A DNA stretch of 64,000 nt from the NCBI GenBank assembly GCA_963724295.1, contig CAVRUC010000004.1, positions 160,001-224,000 on the forward strand, in the 5' to 3' direction. The notes under the pieces were generated by a model, which was not told the DNA's origin, did not search any database, and saw only the letters and a program-made list of their open reading frames with translations. Shown here in pieces: positions 20,656-29,491 of this stretch. The stretch's first letter is position 1, and the number at the start of each line of letters is the position of its first letter. A program made the translations under genes and the position numbers. This DNA is from an uncultured Chloroflexia bacterium. GTDB taxonomy: Bacteria > Chloroflexota > Chloroflexia > Thermomicrobiales > UBA6265.

Positions 20656-21108
20656 GGGCTTCTCGTTTTAGGACTCCGCGCCGATGCGATGCGTGTGTTG
20701 GTTTTGGACTGAAGATCAGGGCCAGCAGTCAAGCAGGTCCCTCGCGCCAAACGCCCTATCGGGACGCATCGTCGCTGAATCGGCCCACCCGAGCCGCATC
20801 GACCGAGGTGAAGGGAACCACATACGAGGTCGCTTACTGGCTGGGAGGCGACGGTTCCCGTTCGACCACGTAGTAGGCACCGTTGCGCGCGGTCACCAGG
20901 ATCAATTGCTTTCCTTCCAGCTCGGGAAGACTGGGAACCCCATTTCCGGCCGGACAGAGTTGATACGTATTGAGTAAACCTCTTGACATCAAACCGAGTA
21001 ATCATTGATATTAATGTCCGTAGACGGATCGGCCGGCTTTTCGGCCACTGTCGTTCGGTTCAGGTTCGCTGAGAGGCGCACGTGGATTGCGCGATGGAGG
21101 TGAGAGCC

Positions 21109-21612
21109 ATGGTGAACACGTTCCCGTTTGGTTCTGATTTCGTCCAGCTGCGGCAGGCGATGCAGGAGCTGCTGCAGGACAGCTTCGTTCCCTCGGGTGG
21201 ATCGCGCTCACCCTGGAGTACCGGCTCCGGAGCAATGGCGCGACCGATACCCCTCGATGTCTACGCCACACCGGATGAGGCGGTGGTCATCGCGGCGGTT
21301 CCGGGGATGAGTCCCGAGAACCTCGAGATTACCTACTCCGACAACACATTGACGCTGTCTGGCTCCCTGCCAGGTGCGGCCCAAAGCGAGCAGGGCCAGA
21401 ACGCGACGTGGTACCTGCGTGAGTTGTGGTCCGGGCAGTTCCAGCGAACGGTCACTCTGCCCTTTGAGGTCGACCCCGCCCAAGCCCAGGCCAGCTTCGA
21501 GCACGGCATCGTGCGTATCACTCTGCCAAAAGCCGACTGGGCCAAGCCCCACAAGATCGCCATCAAGGCAAACACCGGCCAGCAGGCGATCGGAGCTGGC
21601 GCCAGCAGCTAG
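21109..21612 (+). CDS. Hsp20/alpha-crystallin small heat-shock protein
   Basis: PLDVYAT, PGMSPENLEI, LRE...GQFQRTVTLP and ASFEHGIVRITLPK. GGAGGTG RBS; TTGACA at 20983. Confidence 0.92.
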   Translation: MVNTFPFGSDFVQLRQAMQELLQDSFVPSGGSRSPWSTGSGAMARPIPLDVYATPDEAVVIAAVPGMSPENLEITYSDNTLTLSGSLPGAAQSEQGQNATWYLRELWSGQFQRTVTLPFEVDPAQAQASFEHGIVRITLPKADWAKPHKIAIKANTGQQAIGAGASS

Positions 21613-21642
21613 CACCGCCAAGCTCCGGACCGGAGTGTGGAC

Positions 21643-21669
21643 AGCGGCCGGGCACTGAGCCCGGCCGCT
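21643..21669. terminator. Stem-loop after hsp20 between convergent genes
   Basis: AGCGGCCGGGC-actga-GCCCGGCCGCT inverted repeat. Confidence 0.55.
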
Positions 21670-21768
21670 CGTCGTTGGTGTCCGCATGGAGAATCTTTTA
21701 TGTCGACGAAGGCTGCGGGGAGATCGCTCGCCCAGTAGCCGGCTAGGCGCACCGTCCTCTGCAACTCG

Positions 21769-22326
21769 TTACCAATCGGCGATCAAGTCGCTACGGTCGA
21801 GGGTCGACCAGGGCGTGGGGGCCACCGGAGGACCCAGACCGTGAAACCGGCCGCGGTAATAGAGGAGCGGTGGTGCGTCCGGATTGCGTCCGCATCCGAC
21901 CACCTCGCCCACGAAGCAGCTGTGGTCGCCCATCATCACGACCTGACTCACGCGGCAGTCGAACCAGGCGGCAGCCTGGGCCAGGATCGGCGGCTCGATC
22001 TCGCGCCGCACAACCTCGACGCCGGAGAACCCGGCCCAACCACTCGGGCGAGCCGAATTCGCGAAGCGCCGCGCCAGCCCGTGATCGGCCTGGCTGAGCA
22101 GATTGACGGTAAAACTGCCGCTTTGCGTGAGGCATTCGTGCATGCGGCTCCTGAGCGAAAAGAAGACCGCCAGGAGTGGTGGATCGAGCGACGCAACAAC
22201 GCCAGAGCTGGCCGTAGCCCCATGTGGTTCTCGATCGACCATCGCGATCACGATCGCCACGCCGCTCGCGACCTGACCGGCGGAGCCGCGAAAGACCTGC
22301 CGCTGGTCCTCACGCGACTGAGCCAC
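21769..22326 (-). CDS. Flavin reductase (HpaC/DIM6-NTAB family)
   Basis: SLDPPL, FTVNLL, GDH and PLLYYRGRF motifs. Confidence 0.88.
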   Translation of the reverse strand: MAQSREDQRQVFRGSAGQVASGVAIVIAMVDREPHGATASSGVVASLDPPLLAVFFSLRSRMHECLTQSGSFTVNLLSQADHGLARRFANSARPSGWAGFSGVEVVRREIEPPILAQAAAWFDCRVSQVVMMGDHSCFVGEVVGCGRNPDAPPLLYYRGRFHGLGPPVAPTPWSTLDRSDLIADW

Positions 22327-22340
22327 CCAATCCCCCGCCC

Positions 22341-23537
22341 CTACCAGATTGTCTCCACCGGCTGCCCGAGCGCCATCCGCCCCGCATAGATTAGCGTCTT
22401 CTCCGGGTTGATTGGATGGAACATCCCGGCGCGGACATCGCGGTATGCCCGCTCCAGAGGTGACCGCCGGAAATAGGCCGAGCCGCCGACGGCCTCCATG
22501 GCCAAACCAACGACTTCAACCGCCTCGGTCACCACCTCTCGCTTTGCCAGCATCACCAACGCCAGTGCCGCGTCGTCGGGCGTGTAGTCCTCCCCGAGCT
22601 CGCCGAGGGCGCCGACAAGTGACCACCAGGCAACCTTCAGCTTGTGATCCATCAACCCGATGAGCCGCTGGCTTGTCGGGTCCTGGGCGAGGGGTTGGCC
22701 GTCCCCGCTGCGCCGATCGCTGACCACGCGCACCGCCTCGTCGCGGGCGGCAGCGGCCACGCCAAAGTAGACAGCGGCGACCGGCGGGGCGAAGTGGACG
22801 CCGGCGTTGCGGAGTGCCGGGTCGACCTTGCCCCACGGGCGACGCGCGACAATCTGCCCGTCGGAGACGTTCACGTTCTCGAGCTGAACATCGTGGCTGG
22901 CGGTCGCCCGCATGCCCAGCGTGTCCCAGGTCTCGACAACCTGAAAGCCCTCACTCGTCGTGGGTATTCCCATGAGGAGAACGGTCGTTCCCTCCTCCGG
23001 GTCGTCGTAGACCGCCATGGTGACGAGCACGTCGGCGGCAGGCGCCTGGCTGCAGAACATCTTCCGCCCGCTGACCCGGAACCCGCCGTTATCCCGGACA
23101 GCGGTCCCGCTGGGCCAGATGCCATCTGATCCGCCGCTGGTCATGAGGATGATCCCGTCGTCGGCGACCCGCCGCAGGACACCCTCCACTGGGGCGCCAT
23201 GGCGCCAGCGATATGCATTCGCCAACACCAGGTAGTGGTGCATGTTGACCGCGAGCGCGGTAGACGCGCAATGTTTGGCAAGTTCGGCCTGCGCGTAACA
23301 GACCTGACGCATCGACGCCCCGAGGCCACCCAGCTCCACGGGACCTGCGAGGCGGAGGTAACCTTGCTCCCGCATCCTCGCGAAGTTCTCGGTGGGAAAA
23401 GTGTTCTCGCGGTCGTGTTCCGCCGCCCGGCCGCTGAACTCCTGCCCAAGTTCGGCCGCCAGTGCAACGAACCGGTCGTCGTCTGATTCCATTGGCGCGG
23501 GACGGAATCCCGGATTGACGGCTGAGAGCGTGTCCAT
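22341..23537 (-). CDS. Acyl-CoA dehydrogenase-fold flavin-dependent monooxygenase subunit
   Basis: AAEHDRENTFP, SGRKMFCS, WDTLGMRATASHDV and LERAYRDVRAG motifs; adjacent to the flavin reductase. Confidence 0.82.
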   Translation of the reverse strand: MDTLSAVNPGFRPAPMESDDDRFVALAAELGQEFSGRAAEHDRENTFPTENFARMREQGYLRLAGPVELGGLGASMRQVCYAQAELAKHCASTALAVNMHHYLVLANAYRWRHGAPVEGVLRRVADDGIILMTSGGSDGIWPSGTAVRDNGGFRVSGRKMFCSQAPAADVLVTMAVYDDPEEGTTVLLMGIPTTSEGFQVVETWDTLGMRATASHDVQLENVNVSDGQIVARRPWGKVDPALRNAGVHFAPPVAAVYFGVAAAARDEAVRVVSDRRSGDGQPLAQDPTSQRLIGLMDHKLKVAWWSLVGALGELGEDYTPDDAALALVMLAKREVVTEAVEVVGLAMEAVGGSAYFRRSPLERAYRDVRAGMFHPINPEKTLIYAGRMALGQPVETIW

Positions 23538-23711
23538 TACATCCTCCAGATGCTGGCATTCCCGCCCGGTTCGGCAGCGAGTCTGTGTATCCGAGTCAGG
23601 GTGTCGTGCGAGCCTCCACTATCGGCTCGTCTTCCCATCGTAAAGGTGGATCACTCCGGCTCAAGTACAATAAATGGAGCCCACGGCGCAACAAGCGAAG
23701 AGGAGTGCCAG

Positions 23712-24413
23712 GTGACAAGGTATGGCCAGTTCTGTCCCGTCGCCAAAGCATCAGAGATTTTCGCCGAGCGGTGGACGCCCTTGATCTTGCGCGAGCTTCT
23801 CTGTGGAAGCCATCGCTTCAGCGAGCTCGAACATGGTTTGCCGAAGATCTCACGGTCTCTTCTGGCGCAGCGGCTACGATTCCTGGAAAGCGCCGGATTG
23901 GTCGAGCGTCGAGTCATGCCAGGCAGCCGTTCGCCTGAGTACCACCTCACCGACGCGGGCCAGGATCTTTACGACGTCGTCATCAGGCTCGGAGAGTGGA
24001 GCCACAGATGGTTCAATCCCCTCATCGACGAGCGTGATCTCGATCCTCAACTCCTTTTGTGGGACATGCACCGGCGTCTCCACAAGGATTGCCTACCCGA
24101 TCGGCGGGTCGTCGTTCAGTTCGACTTCACCGGGGATCTGGCCGGCAGCTACTGGCTCATATTGGAGCCGGAAGAGTCGTCCGTCTGCTGGGATCCGCCG
24201 GGGTTCGATGTCGACCTCATCGTCCGCGCCGACACGCTGACGATGCACCGGGTCTGGCTCGGCCACCAATCGTTTGCCGACGCGCTCAGCAAGCGCCTGA
24301 TCGAGCTGGACGGGGCCCGAGAGTTGGCCCGAGCGTTCCCAGACTGGCTTGCCCTCAGTCACTTCGCCTCGGTCAGAGGAACCTATCAGGCCTCCCCGGC
24401 GGCGAGCGCGTGA
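23712..24413 (+). CDS. HxlR family winged-helix regulator with SCP2-like C-terminal domain
   Basis: YGQFCPVAKASEIFAERWTPLILREL...RFSEL...ISRSLLAQRL. GAGGAG RBS before GTG 23712. Confidence 0.9.
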   Translation: MTRYGQFCPVAKASEIFAERWTPLILRELLCGSHRFSELEHGLPKISRSLLAQRLRFLESAGLVERRVMPGSRSPEYHLTDAGQDLYDVVIRLGEWSHRWFNPLIDERDLDPQLLLWDMHRRLHKDCLPDRRVVVQFDFTGDLAGSYWLILEPEESSVCWDPPGFDVDLIVRADTLTMHRVWLGHQSFADALSKRLIELDGARELARAFPDWLALSHFASVRGTYQASPAASA

Positions 24414-24441
24414 GCTGCCGTGCTACGCCGGCCGCGCCCGC

Positions 24442-24705
24442 TCACTCCTCACAACCTCCGCCCCAGTGCTCGAGCACGCGCTCGGTTGGGACCAACCACT
24501 CACACCACGGACACGTGACGAACTCGCAGGCGACCAGCGGAGCATGGCACCAGCCACACTCGGCAGTCTGCTCTCCCGCGATCCACGCCGGCCAGATGGC
24601 GTGCGCGCACTGCCAGCCGGACTCAGAGACTACTTCCGGCAGCAGCTCGTCTTCATTCACCGCACCCTGGTCGTCCGTGGTCTGCACGACCAACCGAAAT
24701 TTCAT
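24442..24705 (-). CDS. Small hypothetical Cys/His-rich (zinc-finger-like) protein
   Basis: 87 aa with CAH, CGWC, CEFVTCPWC and EHWGGGC; fills the gap between two genes. Confidence 0.45.
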   Translation of the reverse strand: MKFRLVVQTTDDQGAVNEDELLPEVVSESGWQCAHAIWPAWIAGEQTAECGWCHAPLVACEFVTCPWCEWLVPTERVLEHWGGGCEE

Positions 24706-24911
24706 GAGGGAATAGTCGCATCCCATGCGGCTGGCACACAGCCAGCGGGCGGAGAACATACCGTGCTGAGCGCCAAGCTCGGTGTGATGACACGGTGCTG
24801 GGACGGCGGGCAGTTCGGCATGCACATCCGGGAAGAGGTGCCTCGGCTTTACGGGAGGGAGGCCGCCGGAGTACAAGAGCGGCGCTCGCACGCTGGCCCT
24901 GGAGGGATCGA

Positions 24912-25535
24912 ATGACGATCGATAGATTCGCCCGCCCTGCGCTGCTCGTCGTCGATATGCAGAACGATTTCGTGCGCGTCGGCGCCCCGCTGGAAGTCCC
25001 CGAGGCGCGTGCCACGATTCCCGTGCACCAGACGCTGCTCGACGCCTGTCGCGAGTTGGGCATCCCTGTGATCTACACGAAGTTCGTGGCTGGTCCGGAG
25101 CCGATCCTGCTCTGGGAGTGGTCGCCCGTCCACGCCCCACCGGTCTGCAGCTGCTGGAAGGGCGTTCAGCGCTACTACCCGGACGTGGCCAGGGAGCTCG
25201 ACTGCTCGGACATCATCGAGGAGCTCTACCCGGTTCCCGGCGAACCGATCGTCGAAAAATTCGGCTATGGCGCCTTTCACGACACCAACCTCGACGATCT
25301 GCTGAAGGATCGCGGGGTGGACTCGGTGCTGGTGACCGGCACGGTCACCCAGATCTGCGTCGAGGAGACGGCGCGCGAGAGCTCGAAGCGGGGCTACCGG
25401 ACGACCATCATCTCCGATGCCGTCTCTTCCTACATGCCGGACCTCCACGCCGCGGTGCTGAAGAACTTCTCCCTCAAGTTCGGGTGGGTATCTCCTGCGG
25501 CAGAAGTGATCGCCGAGTTGCGGCAGCGGGTTTGA
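24912..25535 (+). CDS. Isochorismatase-family cysteine hydrolase (RutB-like)
   Basis: VVDMQNDF, EKFGYGAF and TQICV triad. GGAGGG RBS. Confidence 0.88.
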   Translation: MTIDRFARPALLVVDMQNDFVRVGAPLEVPEARATIPVHQTLLDACRELGIPVIYTKFVAGPEPILLWEWSPVHAPPVCSCWKGVQRYYPDVARELDCSDIIEELYPVPGEPIVEKFGYGAFHDTNLDDLLKDRGVDSVLVTGTVTQICVEETARESSKRGYRTTIISDAVSSYMPDLHAAVLKNFSLKFGWVSPAAEVIAELRQRV

Positions 25536-25602
25536 GCTATTGGCTATTGGCCTTCTTATTACTCACAACTCACGACTCGCCGTCTTGCCGTCTTGCCGTC
25601 TC
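25536..25602. repeat. Cluster of short tandem 7-8 bp repeats
   Basis: GCTATTG x2, ACTCACR x2.5 and GCCGTCTY x3 immediately after the stop codon. Confidence 0.6.
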
Positions 25603-25624
25603 CGACCGACAGCCCCGACCGCCA

Positions 25625-25654
25625 TTGACACCCCGGAAAGGGGGTGCCTATGAT
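25625..25654 (+). promoter_or_regulatory. Promoter TTGACA-18-TATGAT with an internal dyad CACCCC-N6-GGGGTG
   Basis: Near-consensus hexamers 85 bp upstream of the DHDPS-like gene. Confidence 0.65.
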
Positions 25655-25739
25655 CGGTCTCTTCACACGGTCTGGCGCCATGTGGTCGCCAGGCGCACCC
25701 GCGACACGAGCTGGAAACTAGAAAGGGGCGGAGTGGCGG

Positions 25740-26669
25740 ATGGCACTCAATCTGGAAGGACTGATCCCGGCGACAGTCTTGCCGATGACGTCCGAAGCCG
25801 AGATCGACGAGCCGCAGCTGCGGCGGTATATCCGCTGGGTAGCCGATCAAGGTCCGGTCGCTCTGGCCATCAACGCCGACACCGGCGAAGGACCACACCT
25901 GACGCATCGCGAAAAGGTGCGCGTCATCGAGATCGTCGCCGACGAACTGAATGGCAAGCTCCCGATCGTGGCCGGGCTGGGCGGACCCTTCACCCGCCAG
26001 GCCGTCGAGCAGGCGCGTGACTTCAAGGCTGCCGGCGCCGAGGCGTTCCTGGTCTTCCCCATCTCCGCCTACCTCAGCGCCCCCCTCAACCCCGAAGTCC
26101 CGGTTCGCTATCACCAGGCCATCGCGGAGGTCGGTCTGCCCCTGATTCTGTTTCAACTGCAGCCAGCGCTCGGGGGTGTCAACTTCGACCCGGAGACGCT
26201 GCGGGCCCTGGCCAGCATCGACGGCGTCGTTGCCATCAAGGAGGCGTCGTTTGACGCCCGCCGCTTCCTCGATCTGGTACGGGTGCTGGAAGAGCTGCCG
26301 CGCCCGATCACCCTCCTGACCGGCAACGACAACTTCATCTTTGAGTCGTTTGTGCTCGGCGCGCAGGGTGCGCTGATCGGCTTCGGCGCGATCATGACCC
26401 GCGAGCAAGTGCGGATGATCGAGGCCTGGCGCACCGGCAACATCGACGAGGCGAAGGAACTGGGGCGACGAGTGCAGCGATTGGCCGACGTCGTCTTCGC
26501 GGCGCCTGTCGGCGACTATCGGGCCCGAATGAAAGAGGCGCTGGCCATCCTCGGCGTCATCGATACCACCTATGTCCGCGAGCCGTTGCTGCCAATCTCA
26601 GACGAGCAGCGGGATCTGCTCCGTCACACCCTGGCTGAGGTCGGCCTACTGGAGATGGCGGCGGTTTGA
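25740..26669 (+). CDS. Dihydrodipicolinate synthase-family (class I aldolase/lyase) protein
   Basis: GLIPATVLP, NADTGEG (variant of GTTGE), AIKEAS Schiff-base lysine and TGND. Confidence 0.87.
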   Translation: MALNLEGLIPATVLPMTSEAEIDEPQLRRYIRWVADQGPVALAINADTGEGPHLTHREKVRVIEIVADELNGKLPIVAGLGGPFTRQAVEQARDFKAAGAEAFLVFPISAYLSAPLNPEVPVRYHQAIAEVGLPLILFQLQPALGGVNFDPETLRALASIDGVVAIKEASFDARRFLDLVRVLEELPRPITLLTGNDNFIFESFVLGAQGALIGFGAIMTREQVRMIEAWRTGNIDEAKELGRRVQRLADVVFAAPVGDYRARMKEALAILGVIDTTYVREPLLPISDEQRDLLRHTLAEVGLLEMAAV

Positions 26670-26802
26670 TGATCTACACGGCGTGTCGGTCCAGGGCATG
26701 TCGTGGTCCAAGCCGCTGATCCAGCGGCATCCCCGGGTCAGCGGCGGTGGGTAGGGACGCGGCGTGCCGTGCCCGCGAAATCACCGAGATGGGCATTGCT
26801 CT

Positions 26803-27381
26803 ATGGCTTACGACTGGCGGAAAGAGGAATACGAGGTCACTCGCCCCGGCCACACCCGGATCGACTTCCGCCAGGAGATCGGTCGCGCCCACGTTCCGAT
26901 CGGCGTCGAGCGCGGATTTGCCGTGGTCGATCCGGACCGTGCTGAGGTGCTTCGCGCCTGGGTGAGCACGCTCATCCCGGCCAGGGGTGAGCGGCCCGCC
27001 GCCGGCGACATCGGTGCCGCGGAGTACGTCGACGCCACGGTCTTCCTCACGCCCCGTCTCCGCGGCGTGCTCCTGCACGCGATCGACACCGTCGACCAGC
27101 TTGCACAGGAACAGGCGGGCTGCCGCTTCGCCGAGGCCACCCCACCGCAGCAGACAGACGTGCTGCGCACGTTCGAGGCCAACGATCCGCTCGACGCCTT
27201 CCCGATGGTGCGGGATCTCACCTACGAGGCCTACTACGCTCACCCACGCGTCCTCGACGTGCTCGAGCGGGAGACGGGCTGGCGGTATGAGGTCGCGATC
27301 TCCGGCAGCGAGATGGAGCCGTTCGATGACAGCTTGCTGGCGCGGATGCGGACTGTGCCGCCGCGCTGGCGCAATACATAG
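26803..27381 (+). CDS. Gluconate 2-dehydrogenase subunit 3-like protein
   Basis: LIPA...PAAGDIGAAEYVD...F.......Q...L...E...F.MVRDLTYEAYYAHP; directly upstream of the GMC gene. Confidence 0.75.
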   Translation: MAYDWRKEEYEVTRPGHTRIDFRQEIGRAHVPIGVERGFAVVDPDRAEVLRAWVSTLIPARGERPAAGDIGAAEYVDATVFLTPRLRGVLLHAIDTVDQLAQEQAGCRFAEATPPQQTDVLRTFEANDPLDAFPMVRDLTYEAYYAHPRVLDVLERETGWRYEVAISGSEMEPFDDSLLARMRTVPPRWRNT

Positions 27382-27398
27382 ACGCATTGGAGCGGACG

Positions 27399-29003
27399 AT
27401 GGGCCACGACGACGAGCGTGATGTCCTCATCATCGGCGCCGGGGCAGCTGGCGGGGCGATGGCCTGGAGTCTGGCCCGGCGTAAGGTCGACGTGGTCTGC
27501 CTGGAGCAAGGCGACTGGGTTCCATCCTCGCTCCGTCCCAAGAACCACCTCGATTGGGAGGTCCGCCACCGTCGCTCATGGTCGCCGAGCCCCAACATCC
27601 GCCAGTGGCCGTCCGACTACCCCGTCGCCAGCTACGGCGATGATCCGATTAGCGTCTTCATTTACAACGCCGTGGGCGGCAGCACGATCGGCTACGCCGG
27701 CAACTTCTGGCGTTTGACGCCGTCCGATTTCCGGGTACGCAGCCTGGATGGCGTTGCGGTCGACTGGCCGATCGGCTACGACGACCTGGCGCCGTACTAC
27801 ACCATCAACGAACGCGAGATGGGAGTGGCAGGGCTGGCCGGTGATCCCTGGAGCCCGCCCCGGGAGCCGTTGCCGCTGCCGCCCGCGCCGCTGGGGCCGC
27901 ACGGCCGGTTGATGATCGAAGGATGCGAGAAGCTGGGCTGGGACTGGTGGCCGACCGAGCAGGCGATCACGACGATCCCCTACGATGGTCGCCCGGCCTG
28001 CGATTTCAAAGGCTACTGCCCCTTCGGCTGTCCGCAAGGTGCGCTGGCGACGGTCGATGTCACCTATTGGCGCAAGGCGCTGCGCTCTGCCCGCAATGGT
28101 GTCGATCTGCGCACCAACGCCCGCGTGCGGGAGATCACCCTCCACCCGGACGGCCGGGCCAAAGGAGCGCTGTACTACGATGCCGAGGGCCGGCTGCGGG
28201 AGGTACGGGCCAAGGTGGTGGTTTTCGCCGCCGGTGGTCTCGGTACGCCGCGGATCCTGCTGCAATCGACGTCGTCGCGGCACCCCGATGGTCTGGCCAA
28301 CTCGAGCGGGCTGGTCGGCAAGAATCTCATGGTCCACGTGCAGACCTTCGTCATCGGCCGCTTCGAGCAGCCGGTTCAGGCCTGGCAGGGCACCTGGGGA
28401 GGGGCTGTCTCCTCCCGTCAGTTCTACGAGACTGACCCGGCCAACGACTACCTGCGCGGGTTCGTGATGAGCATTAATCCGGGCTGGTCGCCGCTCAACC
28501 TGGCGCTGCAATTGGCACCCTGGGGATCGGACCACCACGCTGTCATGGATACGCATCTCAACCACGAGGTGGCCCTCTTCTGCTGCGGCGAGGATCTTCC
28601 CGAGGAGAGCAACCGGGTCGAACTCGACTGGGACAACCTGGACGCCTTTGGTCTGCCGGGGGTGAAGACGTTCTACAGCTTCGACGAGAACAGCAAGCGA
28701 CTGGGAGCCGCCATGATCGCGAAGGGCACGGAACTCATGGAGGCTTCGGGCGCGACCGGCGTGCGGGACTTCGGCATCTCACCCGCGCTAGGCTGGCACC
28801 TGATGGGTGCGGCCAGGATGGGAACGGATGCGGCCAGCTCCGTGGTCGACGCCGACAACCGGGCCCATGATGTACCCAACCTCTACATCGCCGACAGCAC
28901 CAGCCTCCCCACAGGAGGTGGGGTCAATCCCACGTCGACGATCCAGGCGGTCGCATTGCGCTGTGCAGAGGGGATTTGGGAGCGGCGACGCGAGCCAAGC
29001 TAG
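27399..29003 (+). CDS. GMC family oxidoreductase (FAD)
   Basis: DVLIIGAGAAGG, VGGSTIGY, C...G.C..GCP, LANSSGLVGKNLMVH, HLMGAARMG and VNPTSTIQA. Confidence 0.92.
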   Translation: MGHDDERDVLIIGAGAAGGAMAWSLARRKVDVVCLEQGDWVPSSLRPKNHLDWEVRHRRSWSPSPNIRQWPSDYPVASYGDDPISVFIYNAVGGSTIGYAGNFWRLTPSDFRVRSLDGVAVDWPIGYDDLAPYYTINEREMGVAGLAGDPWSPPREPLPLPPAPLGPHGRLMIEGCEKLGWDWWPTEQAITTIPYDGRPACDFKGYCPFGCPQGALATVDVTYWRKALRSARNGVDLRTNARVREITLHPDGRAKGALYYDAEGRLREVRAKVVVFAAGGLGTPRILLQSTSSRHPDGLANSSGLVGKNLMVHVQTFVIGRFEQPVQAWQGTWGGAVSSRQFYETDPANDYLRGFVMSINPGWSPLNLALQLAPWGSDHHAVMDTHLNHEVALFCCGEDLPEESNRVELDWDNLDAFGLPGVKTFYSFDENSKRLGAAMIAKGTELMEASGATGVRDFGISPALGWHLMGAARMGTDAASSVVDADNRAHDVPNLYIADSTSLPTGGGVNPTSTIQAVALRCAEGIWERRREPS

Positions 29004-29290
29004 ACCCTCACCCCATCTTTGGTTACGCTGAGCGAGGGACCGGTGACGCGACCACGCTCCAGACGCTTCGAGCGCTGAGAGCGCGCTCCAGGCGTTGGTT
29101 CGAAGTCGTCAATGACCCGGCTGACGACCGCAGCAAACTGGGCGACCATACGACGGCAGGCCGTGCCCAGTCCTGTGCGCTTTCGTCTCACATGAGCCGG
29201 TGTCGTACTCCAGTCCTTCGCTACCTCGCGCAGCAAGGCTTGCCGACGGAGATCGGCAGCGGCGTGAACAAAAGTGGGATGATGGGCCAT
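29000..29290 (-). CDS. Small basic hypothetical protein divergent from a STAND regulator
   Basis: GGAGGA RBS, ATG 29290; MAHHPTFVHAAADLRRQALLREVAKDW. Confidence 0.55.
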   Translation of the reverse strand: MAHHPTFVHAAADLRRQALLREVAKDWSTTPAHVRRKRTGLGTACRRMVAQFAAVVSRVIDDFEPTPGARSQRSKRLERGRVTGPSLSVTKDGVRV

Positions 29291-29491
29291 AGTTTCCTCC
29301 CGCGCGCGTAGCTTCTCTGCTCTGCTATCACTCTCGTTCCGGTTCGCATCACCCACCACGAGCACTCCACACACCAGCCCACCGTCTTGCCAAGACGGTC
29401 AGTTGCGTGGGTCAGTACCCGGGATTAGACTCCTGGCATCTCCGCGATTGTGTTGCCATGAATCGACCGCGGATCAGAACGCGGGGTCGCT

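Noticed and set aside
20956..21015. HAIR (HspR) or CIRCE operator upstream of hsp20
   Set aside because: GAGT half-sites and TTGACA are present, but there is no convincing TTGAGT-N7-ACTCAA or TTAGCACTC-N9-GAGTGCTAA dyad.
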